Assembly (NCBI GenBank): GCA_035687895.1
Contig: DASRUE010000196.1
Location: 1,489 to 65,488, forward strand
DNA: 64,000 bases
Direction: 5' to 3'
From: Bacteroidota bacterium
Lineage (GTDB): Bacteria; Bacteroidota; Ignavibacteria; UBA10030; UBA6906
Position 1 is the stretch's first letter, and each line of letters begins with the position of its first letter. The notes beneath the pieces are model-generated. The model was not told the DNA's origin. It made no database searches and saw only the letters and a list, made by a program, of their open reading frames with translations. Below, one piece after another: positions 18,911-29,363 of the stretch. The translations under genes were made by a program, and so were the position numbers.

Positions 18911-21340
18911 ATGCCCGAGAGTATTCAGTTCGAAAGCATTCTTGAGAGCATTAGCGGTGGGTTCTTCGCTCTCGACAATGAATTCAGAATCACATATTGG
19001 AACCACGCTGCGGAGGCAGGGACGGGGCTTTCGGCAGCAGAGGTGCTTGGGAAGAACGTGTTTGAGGTATTCCCCAATGCAAAAGATGCTCCACTTGGTG
19101 AAAAGTACCGACTGGCAATGGCGACGAAGACATTCCAAAGTATCGAATCTGCCTACAAGGACGAACGGTTCGAGGCTTGGTATGATGTGCGCATCTATCC
19201 GGCTGAAAGTGGGGGCTTGTCCGTGTTCTTTCAGGACATCACCGACAGGAAAAGGGACCAGCGCCAAAAGGAAATCCTTGTAGAGATCTCCCACGCCGTC
19301 AATTCCTCGCGACACCTCGATGAGTTATGCGTACGAGTTGCAGAAAAGATTGCACTCTTGTTTGAAGTTTCCTCCAAGTTCATCTGTATCTATTTATTTG
19401 ATCCTCGAGGGAACGAGATTAGGCTCGTTGCGCCGGCGCTCTTTGACGCTGACTTCCCGCAAGAAAGAGTGCATCAGCCGGTGCAGCCAACCGCGGTATT
19501 CCTTGCGGCAAAGGCCGCGTTCTCGAAGGAAACGATTCTCTCCGATCAGATCACTGAAAGCACCGTTGCCGGTCTGTTTCTTGACGAAATGAATGAACGA
19601 AAACTTAAGACCCTGATTGTCCTGCCTCTCGTGGTGCAAGGTGAGTTACAGGGAGTGATGGAAGTGCTCAGCATCAAAGACAGGGAGTTCGTGCAGAGTG
19701 ACCTCGAGACTCTCTCCGTAGTAACGAATGAGCTTGCGGGTGGGATGAGTAGGAAACGCCTGATGGATGAACTCAGGATGAAGAATGTGGAGCTCGAAAC
19801 GCAGACACAGAAGGCACTCGATGCCAGCGATACGCTCAAGAAGTTTCTTGCTACCTTCAGCCACGAGCTTCGCTCGCCGTTGAATTCGATCATTGGATTT
19901 TCGGAGCTCCTGACTACGCAGTTCAGTGATCTTCCCGCCGAATCGGTCCAGGAATTCATGAAGAACATCAACATGAGCGGGAGGCATTTGCAGCAAATCA
20001 TCAACGACATTCTGGACCTTTCCAAAATCGAAGCGGGGAAATTGGAACTTCATATCGCCAGCTACCCGATGTCATACTTCAAGGAAAGCATCGAACGGGT
20101 GCTCGCGTCGGACATTGGGGGAAAAGCCGTTCAACTGGAACTGGCGTTCTCCCTTGAGTTTGATGATATCGTGGTCGACCAGACTCGCTTCAAGCAAATC
20201 CTCATAAACCTTGTGTCGAATGCTATCAAGTTCAGCAATCGAGGGGCGAAGGTCGTCGTCCGTTCGGAGCGGATAGGCAACGATATCCAGTTCACTGTCC
20301 AGGACTCTGGCGTAGGCATGAGGCCTGAGGAAGTTGCCGGGTTGTTCAAGCCCTTCAAGCAGGCGGCAAGCGGGAAGGAGATGAACCGCCAGGGGATCGG
20401 CCTTGGGTTGACCATTGCCAAGAAGCTTGTAGAGTTGCACGGTGGTTCTATTTGGATTGAGAGCGAATGGGGGAAGGGCACCGTGGTGTCGTTCAAGATC
20501 CCCATGATTATTGATGCGACTTCCGAGCAGGTGTTGCAGGCAGGAATGCTCCTGGATGCGTTGCAGCGAGAGAACAAACCACTCGACCCGAACGAAAAAC
20601 CGCTTGCGCTCATCATTGAGGATGCACCGCAGGCAAGCGAGTTATTGAGAATGCATATCGAGTCTGCAGGATATAGAGTGGAGATCGCCCGCGACGGCGC
20701 ACAAGCAGTGGATATGGCCAAGCGGCTTCATCCGAGTGTTATTACACTTGATCTGCTGCTCCCCGTAAAGGACGGCTGGCAAGTGATGAAAGAACTTAAG
20801 CGACATCCCCTGTGCAAACATATCCCTATCATCATTGTTTCCATTATTGATGAGAAGAACCTCGGATTTAGCCTGGGTGCTGTGGACTATTTTGTCAAAC
20901 CCGTGAACAAAGAAGACCTGCTCCAGGCGTTGGATCGCGTCCACCTTGTACCACGCCAGAACAACAGGAGACCGTCGGTTCTCGTCATTGATGATGACCG
21001 CGCGGCAACCGACCTCATCCAGATAATTCTGGAAAATGAAGGCTACCAAGTATTGAAGGCGTTCCAAGGAAAGGACGGTGTCGAGATCGCTGCTCGTGAG
21101 CGACCAGACCTTATTATTCTCGACCTGATTATGCCCGAAGTATCAGGGTTCAACGTGGCTTATCAGTTGAAGCAGATACCAGCGACACGGTCGATACCCA
21201 TTATCATTCTGACATCAATGGAGATTGACTCCGATACGCAGTCGCAACTTGGAACCTACGTTTCTGGCCTTATGAGCAAGTCCACATTCACTAAGAAAGA
21301 TCTTCTTAGGGAGATTAGCATTATTGACCACCCAAGGTAG
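18911..21340 (+). CDS. Hybrid sensor histidine kinase/response regulator (PAS-GAF-HisKA-HATPase-REC-REC)
   Basis: It has an N-terminal PAS-like region and a GAF-like region. The H-box is FSHELRSPLNSIIGF, with G-boxes DSGVGM and GIGLGLTI. Two receiver domains follow (LALIIEDAP...ITLDLLLPVKDG and VLVIDDDRA...IILDLIMPEVSG). Confidence 0.85.
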   Translation: MPESIQFESILESISGGFFALDNEFRITYWNHAAEAGTGLSAAEVLGKNVFEVFPNAKDAPLGEKYRLAMATKTFQSIESAYKDERFEAWYDVRIYPAESGGLSVFFQDITDRKRDQRQKEILVEISHAVNSSRHLDELCVRVAEKIALLFEVSSKFICIYLFDPRGNEIRLVAPALFDADFPQERVHQPVQPTAVFLAAKAAFSKETILSDQITESTVAGLFLDEMNERKLKTLIVLPLVVQGELQGVMEVLSIKDREFVQSDLETLSVVTNELAGGMSRKRLMDELRMKNVELETQTQKALDASDTLKKFLATFSHELRSPLNSIIGFSELLTTQFSDLPAESVQEFMKNINMSGRHLQQIINDILDLSKIEAGKLELHIASYPMSYFKESIERVLASDIGGKAVQLELAFSLEFDDIVVDQTRFKQILINLVSNAIKFSNRGAKVVVRSERIGNDIQFTVQDSGVGMRPEEVAGLFKPFKQAASGKEMNRQGIGLGLTIAKKLVELHGGSIWIESEWGKGTVVSFKIPMIIDATSEQVLQAGMLLDALQRENKPLDPNEKPLALIIEDAPQASELLRMHIESAGYRVEIARDGAQAVDMAKRLHPSVITLDLLLPVKDGWQVMKELKRHPLCKHIPIIIVSIIDEKNLGFSLGAVDYFVKPVNKEDLLQALDRVHLVPRQNNRRPSVLVIDDDRAATDLIQIILENEGYQVLKAFQGKDGVEIAARERPDLIILDLIMPEVSGFNVAYQLKQIPATRSIPIIILTSMEIDSDTQSQLGTYVSGLMSKSTFTKKDLLREISIIDHPR

Positions 21341-21364
21341 AAACAAGGCTTGATTTTTATTTTC

Positions 21365-21393
21365 TTGACAATTGAGCTCCAGTGATGTATATT
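21365..21393 (+). promoter_or_regulatory. Sigma70-type promoter TTGACA-N17-TATATT
   Basis: It matches the consensus perfectly and lies 54 nt upstream of the 21447 ATG. The SD is AAAAGAGGGG. Confidence 0.5.
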
Positions 21394-21446
21394 GAATCAG
21401 GTAAATCGAGAAAAACATCCCTATCGGAAAAGAGGGGCTAGTCACT

Positions 21447-22055
21447 ATGACATACAAGAAACCATTGAGCGTCGGTCAAGTAGCAGAAATCTGTTGCGTC
21501 AGCAAGAAGACCGTGCTGAACTGGATTTACGATGGGGCGCTTAAGGCATTCACAACCTACGGCGGTCATTATCGGGTGTGGCCCGTCAATGTCAAGAAAT
21601 TTCTTGATTCAACCGGGATGGATATTGATTTTGAGTACGTAGACGAGAGGATAACACACATTCTCATCATTGATGACGATGCTGACTACTCCCAAATGCT
21701 CAAGAGTGCGATCAGCACTGAATTACCCGGCGCCGAAATCACGGCAACGGATGACGGGTACGAGGGACTAATGCTCATTGGTGAGATCAAGCCACAGTTG
21801 GTGATTCTCGACATCAAAATGCCGAAGATTGATGGTTTTCAGGTGCTGGACCTTCTCAAGACAAGAAAGATTGATCACGACATGAAGGTACTCGTCATAA
21901 CGGGATACCTGGATGAGGGTACGAAGAAGCAATTAGCTGGCACTATTGCGGATCACTGGATGGACAAGCTGGCCGACATCAATGGGATGATCAAGACCAT
22001 AGTCTCATTTGTCCGATCAGACAAGCCCGTATTCCTGAATGGCTCAAACAACTGA
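21447..22055 (+). CDS. Response regulator with an N-terminal excisionase/MerR-type HTH and a C-terminal receiver domain
   Basis: LSVGQVAEICCVSKKTVLNWIYDGAL matches HTH_17. The receiver is ILIIDDDADYS...VILDIKMPKIDG...VLVITGY. Confidence 0.75.
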   Translation: MTYKKPLSVGQVAEICCVSKKTVLNWIYDGALKAFTTYGGHYRVWPVNVKKFLDSTGMDIDFEYVDERITHILIIDDDADYSQMLKSAISTELPGAEITATDDGYEGLMLIGEIKPQLVILDIKMPKIDGFQVLDLLKTRKIDHDMKVLVITGYLDEGTKKQLAGTIADHWMDKLADINGMIKTIVSFVRSDKPVFLNGSNN

Positions 22056-22102
22056 CCTTGGGACAAGCAACAGATATCTACAGAAAAGAGGATGTTCTTG
22101 TT

Positions 22103-22378
22103 ATGAAGCAACAGGATCTCGATGAGCACTCGGTTCAGGTCGAAAACCTCAAGGCCGGTATTCGGGAGATATCCCACGAGATCAACAATCCGCTTGGCGT
22201 TATGCGCATGGCCGCCTACTTCCTGGAGGTAACAAATCCGCCCGAGGACAAAAAGACACACTATTTCAAAGTCCTGAACGAGAGCATCGACAAGATTGAA
22301 AAGTGCCTCGAACAGCTTAAAATACTCCGCGAGAATCCCTCAGCTGCATCTGTTCACCCACCCCTTCAGGATACCTGA
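22103..22378 (+). CDS. Stand-alone HisKA/DHp-like protein (H-box only, no ATPase domain)
   Basis: It has an EISHEINNPLGVM H-box embedded in predicted helices. It is 91 aa. AAGAGGA sits 10 nt upstream of the ATG. Confidence 0.5.
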   Translation: MKQQDLDEHSVQVENLKAGIREISHEINNPLGVMRMAAYFLEVTNPPEDKKTHYFKVLNESIDKIEKCLEQLKILRENPSAASVHPPLQDT

Positions 22379-22489
22379 GATACTGCCGACCTTATGCCGA
22401 CGCGTCCTTCGTGCACGGGAACCAACGCCGCACATATTACGTACATATTAGCAGCCTAGTCGGCTCACGTTGCGAGGCCAGAGACAATC

Positions 22490-23926
22490 ATGGAACGACG
22501 TTCGCTCATCATATACTTGGTTCTGGCAATAGTCCTTGCCGGATGTACTCGAGAACAGAAGATTACCACCTCATCCCCTGAGGCGTTGCGATGCTATAAC
22601 GAAGGCGTTGACCGGTGGAAGAACTTCTATTATCAAGAGGCAAAATCGGTTCTTGACTCCGCTATCTCATTAGACTCAACGTTCGCTATGGCGTGGGCAC
22701 GGCTGGCACTGGTTGATGAAGGGATGAGAAATGAAGCTCAGTCGAAGCTGCACATAGAACGCGCCAGACGTTATTCCAGCAATGCGTCCCGGCGGGAGCA
22801 GCTTTTCATTAACATGTGGTACCATAAGATCAATTATACCTTCAAAGAGGCGGTAACGGCGGCTGATTCATTAATAGCCCTCTCTCCGGAGGACGCCGAA
22901 GCACACGCCTTCCGGGGAATCATGTATGAGGAAGCGAAGGACTTCGAGGCGGCCATTCGCTCGTATGAGCGGGCGACCAAGGTGGACACCGGCTACGCCC
23001 CTGCAGTCATGTCGCTTGGCTACGCGTATTCCACACTGGGGGAGCAAAGCAAAGCCATTGCGCAGATGAAGCGTTACATTCGTATGGCGCCAACCGCCGC
23101 AGATCCACGTGCAAGCTACGCGGATTTGCTGCTCCGCGTGGGGAGGTACGAAGAGGCTCTCTCACAATACACCAAATCGCTTGAGCTCAAGCCGGACTAC
23201 TGGTACTCCATCAATCAGATTGGCAATGTATATATTATCCAGGGGCGTCTACGCGAGGCGGAAGAACAATTCCACAAAGGGCTGACACTCCTGTTGCAGA
23301 GCCAGCAACTCGAGTCTTCCCATCTCTCTGTTGATGCCACTTTGAATGTTCTGCGCGGCGACTATCCACGAGCGATAGAGCAGTACATCCGGGCCCTTAC
23401 GATTGATTCGACAAACAGCGGACCTGCGTACGGCCTGGTAAACGCCTTCATCCAGATGAAGAAATTCAAAGAAGCGGATGCAACCATCAGCCGGATCAGG
23501 GTGGAATTGGATCGCCGTAACCTCGGTGAGTCGCAGGCAATGTTGGGGTTCTTTCTGGCACGCGCGAGGTTCTTAACGGCACAAGGACAACTTATGGAGG
23601 CACTGGCGGTATGTGATTCTGCGCTCGACCATTCCTCACCACTCACTCGTGGAGTCGTTTATCGTCAGGTGGCGGAGATCAGGCTTGAGCAGCGTCAGTA
23701 TGAGGGTGCATTCGACGCCTGCGAGGAGGCGCTCCGTGCGAATCCCAATAACCCCGATGCGTTGCTTACGCTCATGAAGGTGTACCATGCAAAAGGCGAC
23801 CTCCGAATGACGCACGAGATAGGCGGAAGGTTGCTTGAGTTCTGGAAGAATGCGGACGCGGATTTCAGGTATCTCGGCGACGTGAAGAAGATGCTTGCTG
23901 GAAACCGTTCGGGTGTGTCCGCTTAG
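22490..23926 (+). CDS. TPR-repeat lipoprotein
   Basis: It has a lipobox LAGC after the signal peptide, followed by multiple 34-aa TPR-like repeats. Confidence 0.75.
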   Translation: MERRSLIIYLVLAIVLAGCTREQKITTSSPEALRCYNEGVDRWKNFYYQEAKSVLDSAISLDSTFAMAWARLALVDEGMRNEAQSKLHIERARRYSSNASRREQLFINMWYHKINYTFKEAVTAADSLIALSPEDAEAHAFRGIMYEEAKDFEAAIRSYERATKVDTGYAPAVMSLGYAYSTLGEQSKAIAQMKRYIRMAPTAADPRASYADLLLRVGRYEEALSQYTKSLELKPDYWYSINQIGNVYIIQGRLREAEEQFHKGLTLLLQSQQLESSHLSVDATLNVLRGDYPRAIEQYIRALTIDSTNSGPAYGLVNAFIQMKKFKEADATISRIRVELDRRNLGESQAMLGFFLARARFLTAQGQLMEALAVCDSALDHSSPLTRGVVYRQVAEIRLEQRQYEGAFDACEEALRANPNNPDALLTLMKVYHAKGDLRMTHEIGGRLLEFWKNADADFRYLGDVKKMLAGNRSGVSA

Positions 23927-24032
23927 TGCGAACGAACACCTCTTTCCGACTTTGTAACTTCTGCAAGATTTCTGTACATTATTCACGCAGGGCACATCCG
24001 GGCACAATTTTCCTCTCAACCTCAGCTTCTCA

Positions 24033-25130
24033 ATGGGTTTCAATTGTGGTATCGTCGGGCTTCCGAACGTAGGGAAGTCTACTCTCTTCAATGCCATCAC
24101 GGCGGCGGGCGCTGAGGCGGCGAACTACCCCTTCTGCACAATCGATCCGAACGTTGGCGTAGTGGTCATTCCCGATCAGCGTATCGATGGGCTTGTCCGG
24201 ATATACCAGCCGCCCAAGGTGGTGCCGTCAACCATCGAGTTCGTAGATATTGCCGGCCTCGTCAAAGGAGCCAGCAAAGGAGAAGGCCTGGGAAATCAGT
24301 TTCTTTCTCATATCCGCGAGGTGGATGCCATTGCTCACGTTGTTCGGTGTTTCGATGACTCCAATGTTGTGCACGTGGACGGGAATGTCAATCCGAGGCG
24401 GGATATCGAGGTGATCGAAGCGGAACTGATCTTTAAGGATCTCGACACGGTTGAAAAGAAACTGAGCGAGACGCAACGGAAGGCAAAGACCGGCGACAAG
24501 AAGATGAAGGCAGAGGCCGATCTTTACACTCGGGTACGGGATCATCTCCTCTCAGGGCGGTTGGTCCGCTATCTCTCCATTGAGAATGAGGATGACGTCC
24601 TATGGATGCGCGATCTCCATCTATTGACAAATAAACCCGTGATGTACGTCTGCAACGTGCACGAGAGAGACGTCGCCTCCGAGATTGCTTACGTTCAGGC
24701 CGTACGTGAAATTGCGGCGAAGGAGGGGGCAAAAGTGGTAACCGTAAGTGCTGCTGTGGAGGCGGAAGTGGCCGAGCTGCCGACTGGCGACAGGAGGGGG
24801 TTCCTGGAGGGACTGGGTATGAAGGAGTCCGGACTCGATAAGGTGGTACGTGAAGGATACGATTTGCTCCACCTGATCACATTCTTCACTGCTGGTCCCA
24901 AAGAGGTGCATGCATGGACCGTCCGGAAGGGTGCAACTGCCCCCCAGGCAGCCGGAGTGATCCACTCAGACTTTGAAAAGGGCTTCATCCGGGCTGAGAT
25001 CATGAAATACGAGGATCTTGTCCGCCTTGGCTCTGAACAGGCGGTGAAGGACGGAGGCCTTCTGCACATCGAAGGGAAGGAATACGTCGTGGAAGATGGT
25101 GACATTGTCCATTTCAGATTTAATGTTTGA
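24033..25130 (+). CDS. ychF: Redox-regulated ribosome-associated ATPase YchF (Obg-family GTPase)
   Basis: It has GIVGLPNVGKSTLFNA (G1) and a YchF-type TGS C-terminal domain. It is 365 aa. Confidence 0.9.
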   Translation: MGFNCGIVGLPNVGKSTLFNAITAAGAEAANYPFCTIDPNVGVVVIPDQRIDGLVRIYQPPKVVPSTIEFVDIAGLVKGASKGEGLGNQFLSHIREVDAIAHVVRCFDDSNVVHVDGNVNPRRDIEVIEAELIFKDLDTVEKKLSETQRKAKTGDKKMKAEADLYTRVRDHLLSGRLVRYLSIENEDDVLWMRDLHLLTNKPVMYVCNVHERDVASEIAYVQAVREIAAKEGAKVVTVSAAVEAEVAELPTGDRRGFLEGLGMKESGLDKVVREGYDLLHLITFFTAGPKEVHAWTVRKGATAPQAAGVIHSDFEKGFIRAEIMKYEDLVRLGSEQAVKDGGLLHIEGKEYVVEDGDIVHFRFNV

Positions 25131-25218
25131 CTCTTTCGCTTGACTCTGTTATCTTTGCCGTTACTTTCCAGGGTCACAAATGTACTACTTTCATTCCCAC
25201 AATCAAGGAGTCTCCCCG

Positions 25219-26028
25219 ATGAAACGCGCACACCAACTGTTTGCCATCGGTTGCGTTGCAGTGATGATGGTACTTGCCCTTGTTCTCGCTGGATGCGAGG
25301 AGGATTCCACCTCCCCAAGTACGACCATCGTGCCGATTACGGACAATCTCTTTCCACTTACAGTGGGCAACAAGTTCACCTACACAGGTTATGCAACGGC
25401 TCCTGGCAGCGGATCCCAAATTCCAGATCCAACCGGCTCGTATCAAACGGTCTGGACTATAGCGAGTAATGTCGCCCCGAGTCCGTTGGGTGGAGTCGCA
25501 ACGGCCATTGTTGACAGTACCAGGGGACCTTTTGGTCCAGGCGGCCTCGTGGTGACTGTCGCCCGAACTCTTCTCATCCGGAAGGATACAACAGGAGACT
25601 TTGACTTCCTACAGACAATCGGACCATTCAAGCGGGCGTTCGGAATTCCGACTGGGACCACCGCAGCCGATACACTTAAGTGGATAGCTGTAGCCCGACC
25701 CTCGCAAGGCGTTGGGGCAACGGGAGCAAACTGGACTGCGTTTGACTCCACTTTCACTGGGTCTGGTGGCGCCCAGGTCAGGCTGCAGATCTTTGGCAGG
25801 ATCGAGACTCAAGAAACCATCACGGATAGCACTACCACCCACACCCAGCACAACGCGTATCGGTCACGTACCTGGCGACGCATTACCGTGAATGGCACCA
25901 TCGTGCAGGATGATGCGACAACTTCGCGTTTGCATCTCGTTAAGGATATAGGGCCGGTGCAGGTCCGCATCGTTGAAGACACCGAAAACCTTGGTCATTT
26001 CCGTGTCATGAAAGCGAAGAACTTCTAG
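25219..26028 (+). CDS. Hypothetical lipoprotein
   Basis: An AAGGAG SD precedes it. It has a signal peptide with lipobox LAGC. I recognised no family. Confidence 0.55.
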   Translation: MKRAHQLFAIGCVAVMMVLALVLAGCEEDSTSPSTTIVPITDNLFPLTVGNKFTYTGYATAPGSGSQIPDPTGSYQTVWTIASNVAPSPLGGVATAIVDSTRGPFGPGGLVVTVARTLLIRKDTTGDFDFLQTIGPFKRAFGIPTGTTAADTLKWIAVARPSQGVGATGANWTAFDSTFTGSGGAQVRLQIFGRIETQETITDSTTTHTQHNAYRSRTWRRITVNGTIVQDDATTSRLHLVKDIGPVQVRIVEDTENLGHFRVMKAKNF

Positions 26029-26042
26029 TCATTCTGCTTCTC

Positions 26043-26076
26043 GGGGACTTCCGCTTGCGGGGGTCCCCTTTGTCTT
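26043..26076 (+). terminator. Rho-independent terminator
   Basis: A GGGGAC...GGTCCCC stem is followed by TTTGTCTT. Confidence 0.55.
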
Positions 26077-26143
26077 ACCATCCGGTTGACCGAATAACCG
26101 AGACACTTTGCTTTCGCAAACATATCCACGGAGAATCGGATCT

Positions 26144-28411
26144 ATGGCTTTTCTGGACTCTGTTTTTGCCCCTGCCGGTCGTCTCTTGATCATTGTCTCC
26201 TGTTGGTGTTGCTTTACAACTCAAATCGTTGCCCAGACCTCTGGCTCCATTCGTGGGAAGGTGACCGATAAGAAAACCGGCGACTCACTTCCTTTCGCCA
26301 ATGTCGTTGTGAAAGGGACAAACGCCGGAGCATCAACGAATATAGACGGCTCATTCGAGATCCGCGGTCTTGAACCCGGCACCTACACGATTGTGGTTTC
26401 CCTGGTGGGCCATGAAACCCGGCAGATTACAGGACTGAAAGTAACCGCCGGTGATGCCACGACTCAGGACGTGTCGCTTGGTGATGCCAGTGTTCAAGTG
26501 GGTGACATCACCGTATATGGGGCGTCATTAAGAGGAGAAAAAGTAACGGATGCCCCGGCCGCCGTCTCCGCTCTTTCGCCCGAGGAGATCAAACTGAACT
26601 CAGTTAGCGGCCAGGTGCCGAAGCTTCTCGAGAACCAGCCGGGGGTGGATATTGCGCAGAGCGGTGTGAACGACTTCAATGTAAACACGCGGGGCTTTAA
26701 CAGCTCGCTTAATCGCCGTCTTCTTGTATTGCTTGATGGCAGAGACCTTGCTGTGGCGTTTCTCGGTTCGCAGGAGTGGAACGGTCTTTCCGTTCCCGTC
26801 GAGGATCTTGGCAAACTCGAACTTATCCGTGGTCCGGGCTCCGCCCTTTATGGTGCCAATGCCTTCAACGGGGTCATTAACATTCTCACGCCGCGCCCCA
26901 GAGATATCGCCGGCGGCAAAGTGACGATAGCGGGTGGAGAGAAAAACACCGCCAGGACTGACATTCGTTACGCAGGCTTCAGCGACGCATGGTCGTACAA
27001 GGTCAACGTGGGAAGATTCCAGGGTGACACCTGGAGTGTCTCAAGGACAATGTGGACTGGTGGTCAGATCGGTGTTTTCGAGTACTCCGGTTTCAATCCA
27101 GTTCTGAATATGGAGGTCGTGGAGGTCAACCGTGGAAAGGTCGCATCGACGTATGGTTCCGGTCGTCTGGACTACGCCTTTGCTGATGGCGCAAACGGCA
27201 CGATTGAAGGAGGACTCACGCAGGTGGAAAACGAAATCCTAGTGACCGGCATTGGGCGGGTGCAGGTGCCGAAGGCGGTGAAGTCTTGGGGGCGCGCAAG
27301 TTACAGCGATGAGCATGTGTTTGTGCAGGCATGGGTGGCGGGGAGAAATTCGTTGAAGCCGCAGGTGTCGCTGTCAACAGGCCTACCTCTCGAGGAGAAA
27401 TCATTGTTAGGCCAGGCGGATGTGCAATACCGGTTTTCTGAACTCGAAGACAGACTCTATGTCATCCTGGGAGCCGCACACAAGTATCAGTTCGTTGACA
27501 CGAAAGGAACGCTGACCTTGGCGGCGCATCACGACAATCTCAGTGGTCTTTACGGGCAGTTCGAATACAAGGTAACCGATCAAATAAAGGCAATTGCCGC
27601 CGGACGGTGGGATCGCAGCACTCTTCACGCCAGCCAGTTCTCACCAAAGGTAGCGATGGTGTGGTCGCCATTCGTAGGACAGTCATTCCGCGCAACGTAC
27701 AACAAGGCATTCCAGGCTCCAAACTATTCAGAGCTGTTCCTGAATGTAAAACACCCGATTCGTAATCTCGTCTATTTCGGGAATGAGGATCTGATTGTTG
27801 AGAAGATCACGGGGTATGAAGTGGGGTACAAGGGTGTATTTGAGAACGCTGTGTTCGTGACCTTGGATGGCTATTATAACCAGCTGACGGACTTCATCAC
27901 AGATTTGGCGCCGAGTGTCAACCCTAAATACCCAGGTCAAATCACATTGCCTGGAGAAACCATTACCCGAACAGTATGGTCCTATGGAAATGCTGGCAAG
28001 GTGAATGAATACGGGTTCGAGCTGGGAGTCAACTATTACGTCTCATCTGAGTGGCAGTTGAATGCCAACTATGCGTTCTTCGACTTCAAGGTGAAGGAGC
28101 AAAGCGCGAATGACGTTCTTCTTCCCAACGCCCCAAAGCACAAGGTGAACGGCGGAATCACGTACAGGAATGACACGTTCGAGTTCGGCCTGAGCGGAAA
28201 GTACGTTCCCCGGTTCGATTGGGCGGCGGGGATCTTCAAAGGACCGATTCTAGCGTATGCACTGTTTAACCTGAATGCGTCCTACAAGTTGGCCCAAAAC
28301 CTCACCCTGGGTTTGAATATTACAGACCTGCTGGATCGTGAACACTATCAGATCTTCGGTGGCTCGTTGATCGGTAGAAGAGCGATCATGAGCATGACAG
28401 CGACATTCTAA
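26144..28411 (+). CDS. TonB-dependent outer-membrane receptor with an N-terminal carboxypeptidase-regulatory-like domain
   Basis: It has a signal peptide, then a CarbopepD-reg-like domain (GKVTD...NIDGSFEIRGLEPGTYTIVVS), a plug domain, a beta-barrel and a C-terminal aromatic residue. Confidence 0.85.
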   Translation: MAFLDSVFAPAGRLLIIVSCWCCFTTQIVAQTSGSIRGKVTDKKTGDSLPFANVVVKGTNAGASTNIDGSFEIRGLEPGTYTIVVSLVGHETRQITGLKVTAGDATTQDVSLGDASVQVGDITVYGASLRGEKVTDAPAAVSALSPEEIKLNSVSGQVPKLLENQPGVDIAQSGVNDFNVNTRGFNSSLNRRLLVLLDGRDLAVAFLGSQEWNGLSVPVEDLGKLELIRGPGSALYGANAFNGVINILTPRPRDIAGGKVTIAGGEKNTARTDIRYAGFSDAWSYKVNVGRFQGDTWSVSRTMWTGGQIGVFEYSGFNPVLNMEVVEVNRGKVASTYGSGRLDYAFADGANGTIEGGLTQVENEILVTGIGRVQVPKAVKSWGRASYSDEHVFVQAWVAGRNSLKPQVSLSTGLPLEEKSLLGQADVQYRFSELEDRLYVILGAAHKYQFVDTKGTLTLAAHHDNLSGLYGQFEYKVTDQIKAIAAGRWDRSTLHASQFSPKVAMVWSPFVGQSFRATYNKAFQAPNYSELFLNVKHPIRNLVYFGNEDLIVEKITGYEVGYKGVFENAVFVTLDGYYNQLTDFITDLAPSVNPKYPGQITLPGETITRTVWSYGNAGKVNEYGFELGVNYYVSSEWQLNANYAFFDFKVKEQSANDVLLPNAPKHKVNGGITYRNDTFEFGLSGKYVPRFDWAAGIFKGPILAYALFNLNASYKLAQNLTLGLNITDLLDREHYQIFGGSLIGRRAIMSMTATF

Positions 28412-28434
28412 GGGGAGACAAACGAAAAACAAAG

Positions 28435-28472
28435 AAGGCAAGTCGGGTTCTCCGGCTTGCCTTCGTGTTTTT
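28435..28472. terminator. Bidirectional rho-independent terminator between convergent genes
   Basis: An AAGGCAAG...CTTGCCTT stem is flanked by T-runs on both strands. Confidence 0.6.
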
Positions 28473-28483
28473 ACCGCCCGACC

Positions 28484-28807
28484 CTACGCGTTCATTCCGA
28501 GCTTTTTCTTTGCCTCGTCAGACATCCTTACGGGGGACCATGCAGGTTCCCACACAATTCTCACGTCTGCGTCCTTCACGCCGGGGACCTTTAGTACCCG
28601 GTTTCGGACGTTTTGTGAGATCATCCCACTCATCCCACAGCCAGGGGAGGTCAATGTCATTTTCACACCCACCCAGTCGTCAATGATCTTCACATCATAG
28701 ATAAGGCCCAAATCCACGAGATTCACTGGGATCTCAGGGTCGTAGCACTCCTTGAGCGCGTCCATGATCTCCGTTTCAGTGGGGATTGTCGTTTTCGGTT
28801 CTTCCAT
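28484..28807 (-). CDS. SufT/MIP18-family (DUF59) Fe-S cluster assembly protein
   Basis: The sequence is ALKECYDPEIPVNLVDLGLIYDV...LTSPGCGMSGM, which has the conserved DUF59 cysteine. Confidence 0.7.
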   Translation of the reverse strand: MEEPKTTIPTETEIMDALKECYDPEIPVNLVDLGLIYDVKIIDDWVGVKMTLTSPGCGMSGMISQNVRNRVLKVPGVKDADVRIVWEPAWSPVRMSDEAKKKLGMNA

Positions 28808-28868
28808 TGCTGCTCCTTCGATGTTCACCTGTTTAAAGATAGCCTTTCACTGGGGGAGTTGCAACTCA

Positions 28869-29363
28869 TCATTGCTTGTGCCGGGGGAACCAGAGTTCCC
28901 TTAAAATAAGATAGCCCATCACACAATAACAAACAAACAGAGACACGCCCGAGAGAAGTACAAGCCAACTAAACAGGGGCGAAACAAAGCGGATTAGCAC
29001 GATCCCGCCAAATGTTGTCACTACTGCAATGAAGGGTTCAACGATGAGGAACTTCTTCACACCATCCGAGACAAGAGAGGAAAAATAGAAAATCCCCCCC
29101 AGGGCGAGGAACACCAGAGAAAGAGAAAGGATGTGGTTGTGAAGGAAGACATACATCTCATTGGCCGATTTGGCATACTTCATCTCCTGGATGGTTTGCA
29201 CATTTGCGGAGCCGAGGAATTGCTCCTGTATCCCTTGCGATGACAGGGACGTCGTATGCTCGACGAAGAAGAGTCCGATAAGATAGCCAGCGCTCATCAC
29301 CGCGATGAACAAAGTGAGAAAGAGCTTGAGCGTAGCATCGGCCTCTCGCAATCGGAATGTCAT
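28869..29363 (-). CDS. Hypothetical 4-TM inner-membrane protein
   Basis: It has four hydrophobic helices. An ATGA overlap with the upstream FMN-binding gene places them in one operon. Confidence 0.55.
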   Translation of the reverse strand: MTFRLREADATLKLFLTLFIAVMSAGYLIGLFFVEHTTSLSSQGIQEQFLGSANVQTIQEMKYAKSANEMYVFLHNHILSLSLVFLALGGIFYFSSLVSDGVKKFLIVEPFIAVVTTFGGIVLIRFVSPLFSWLVLLSGVSLFVCYCVMGYLILRELWFPRHKQ

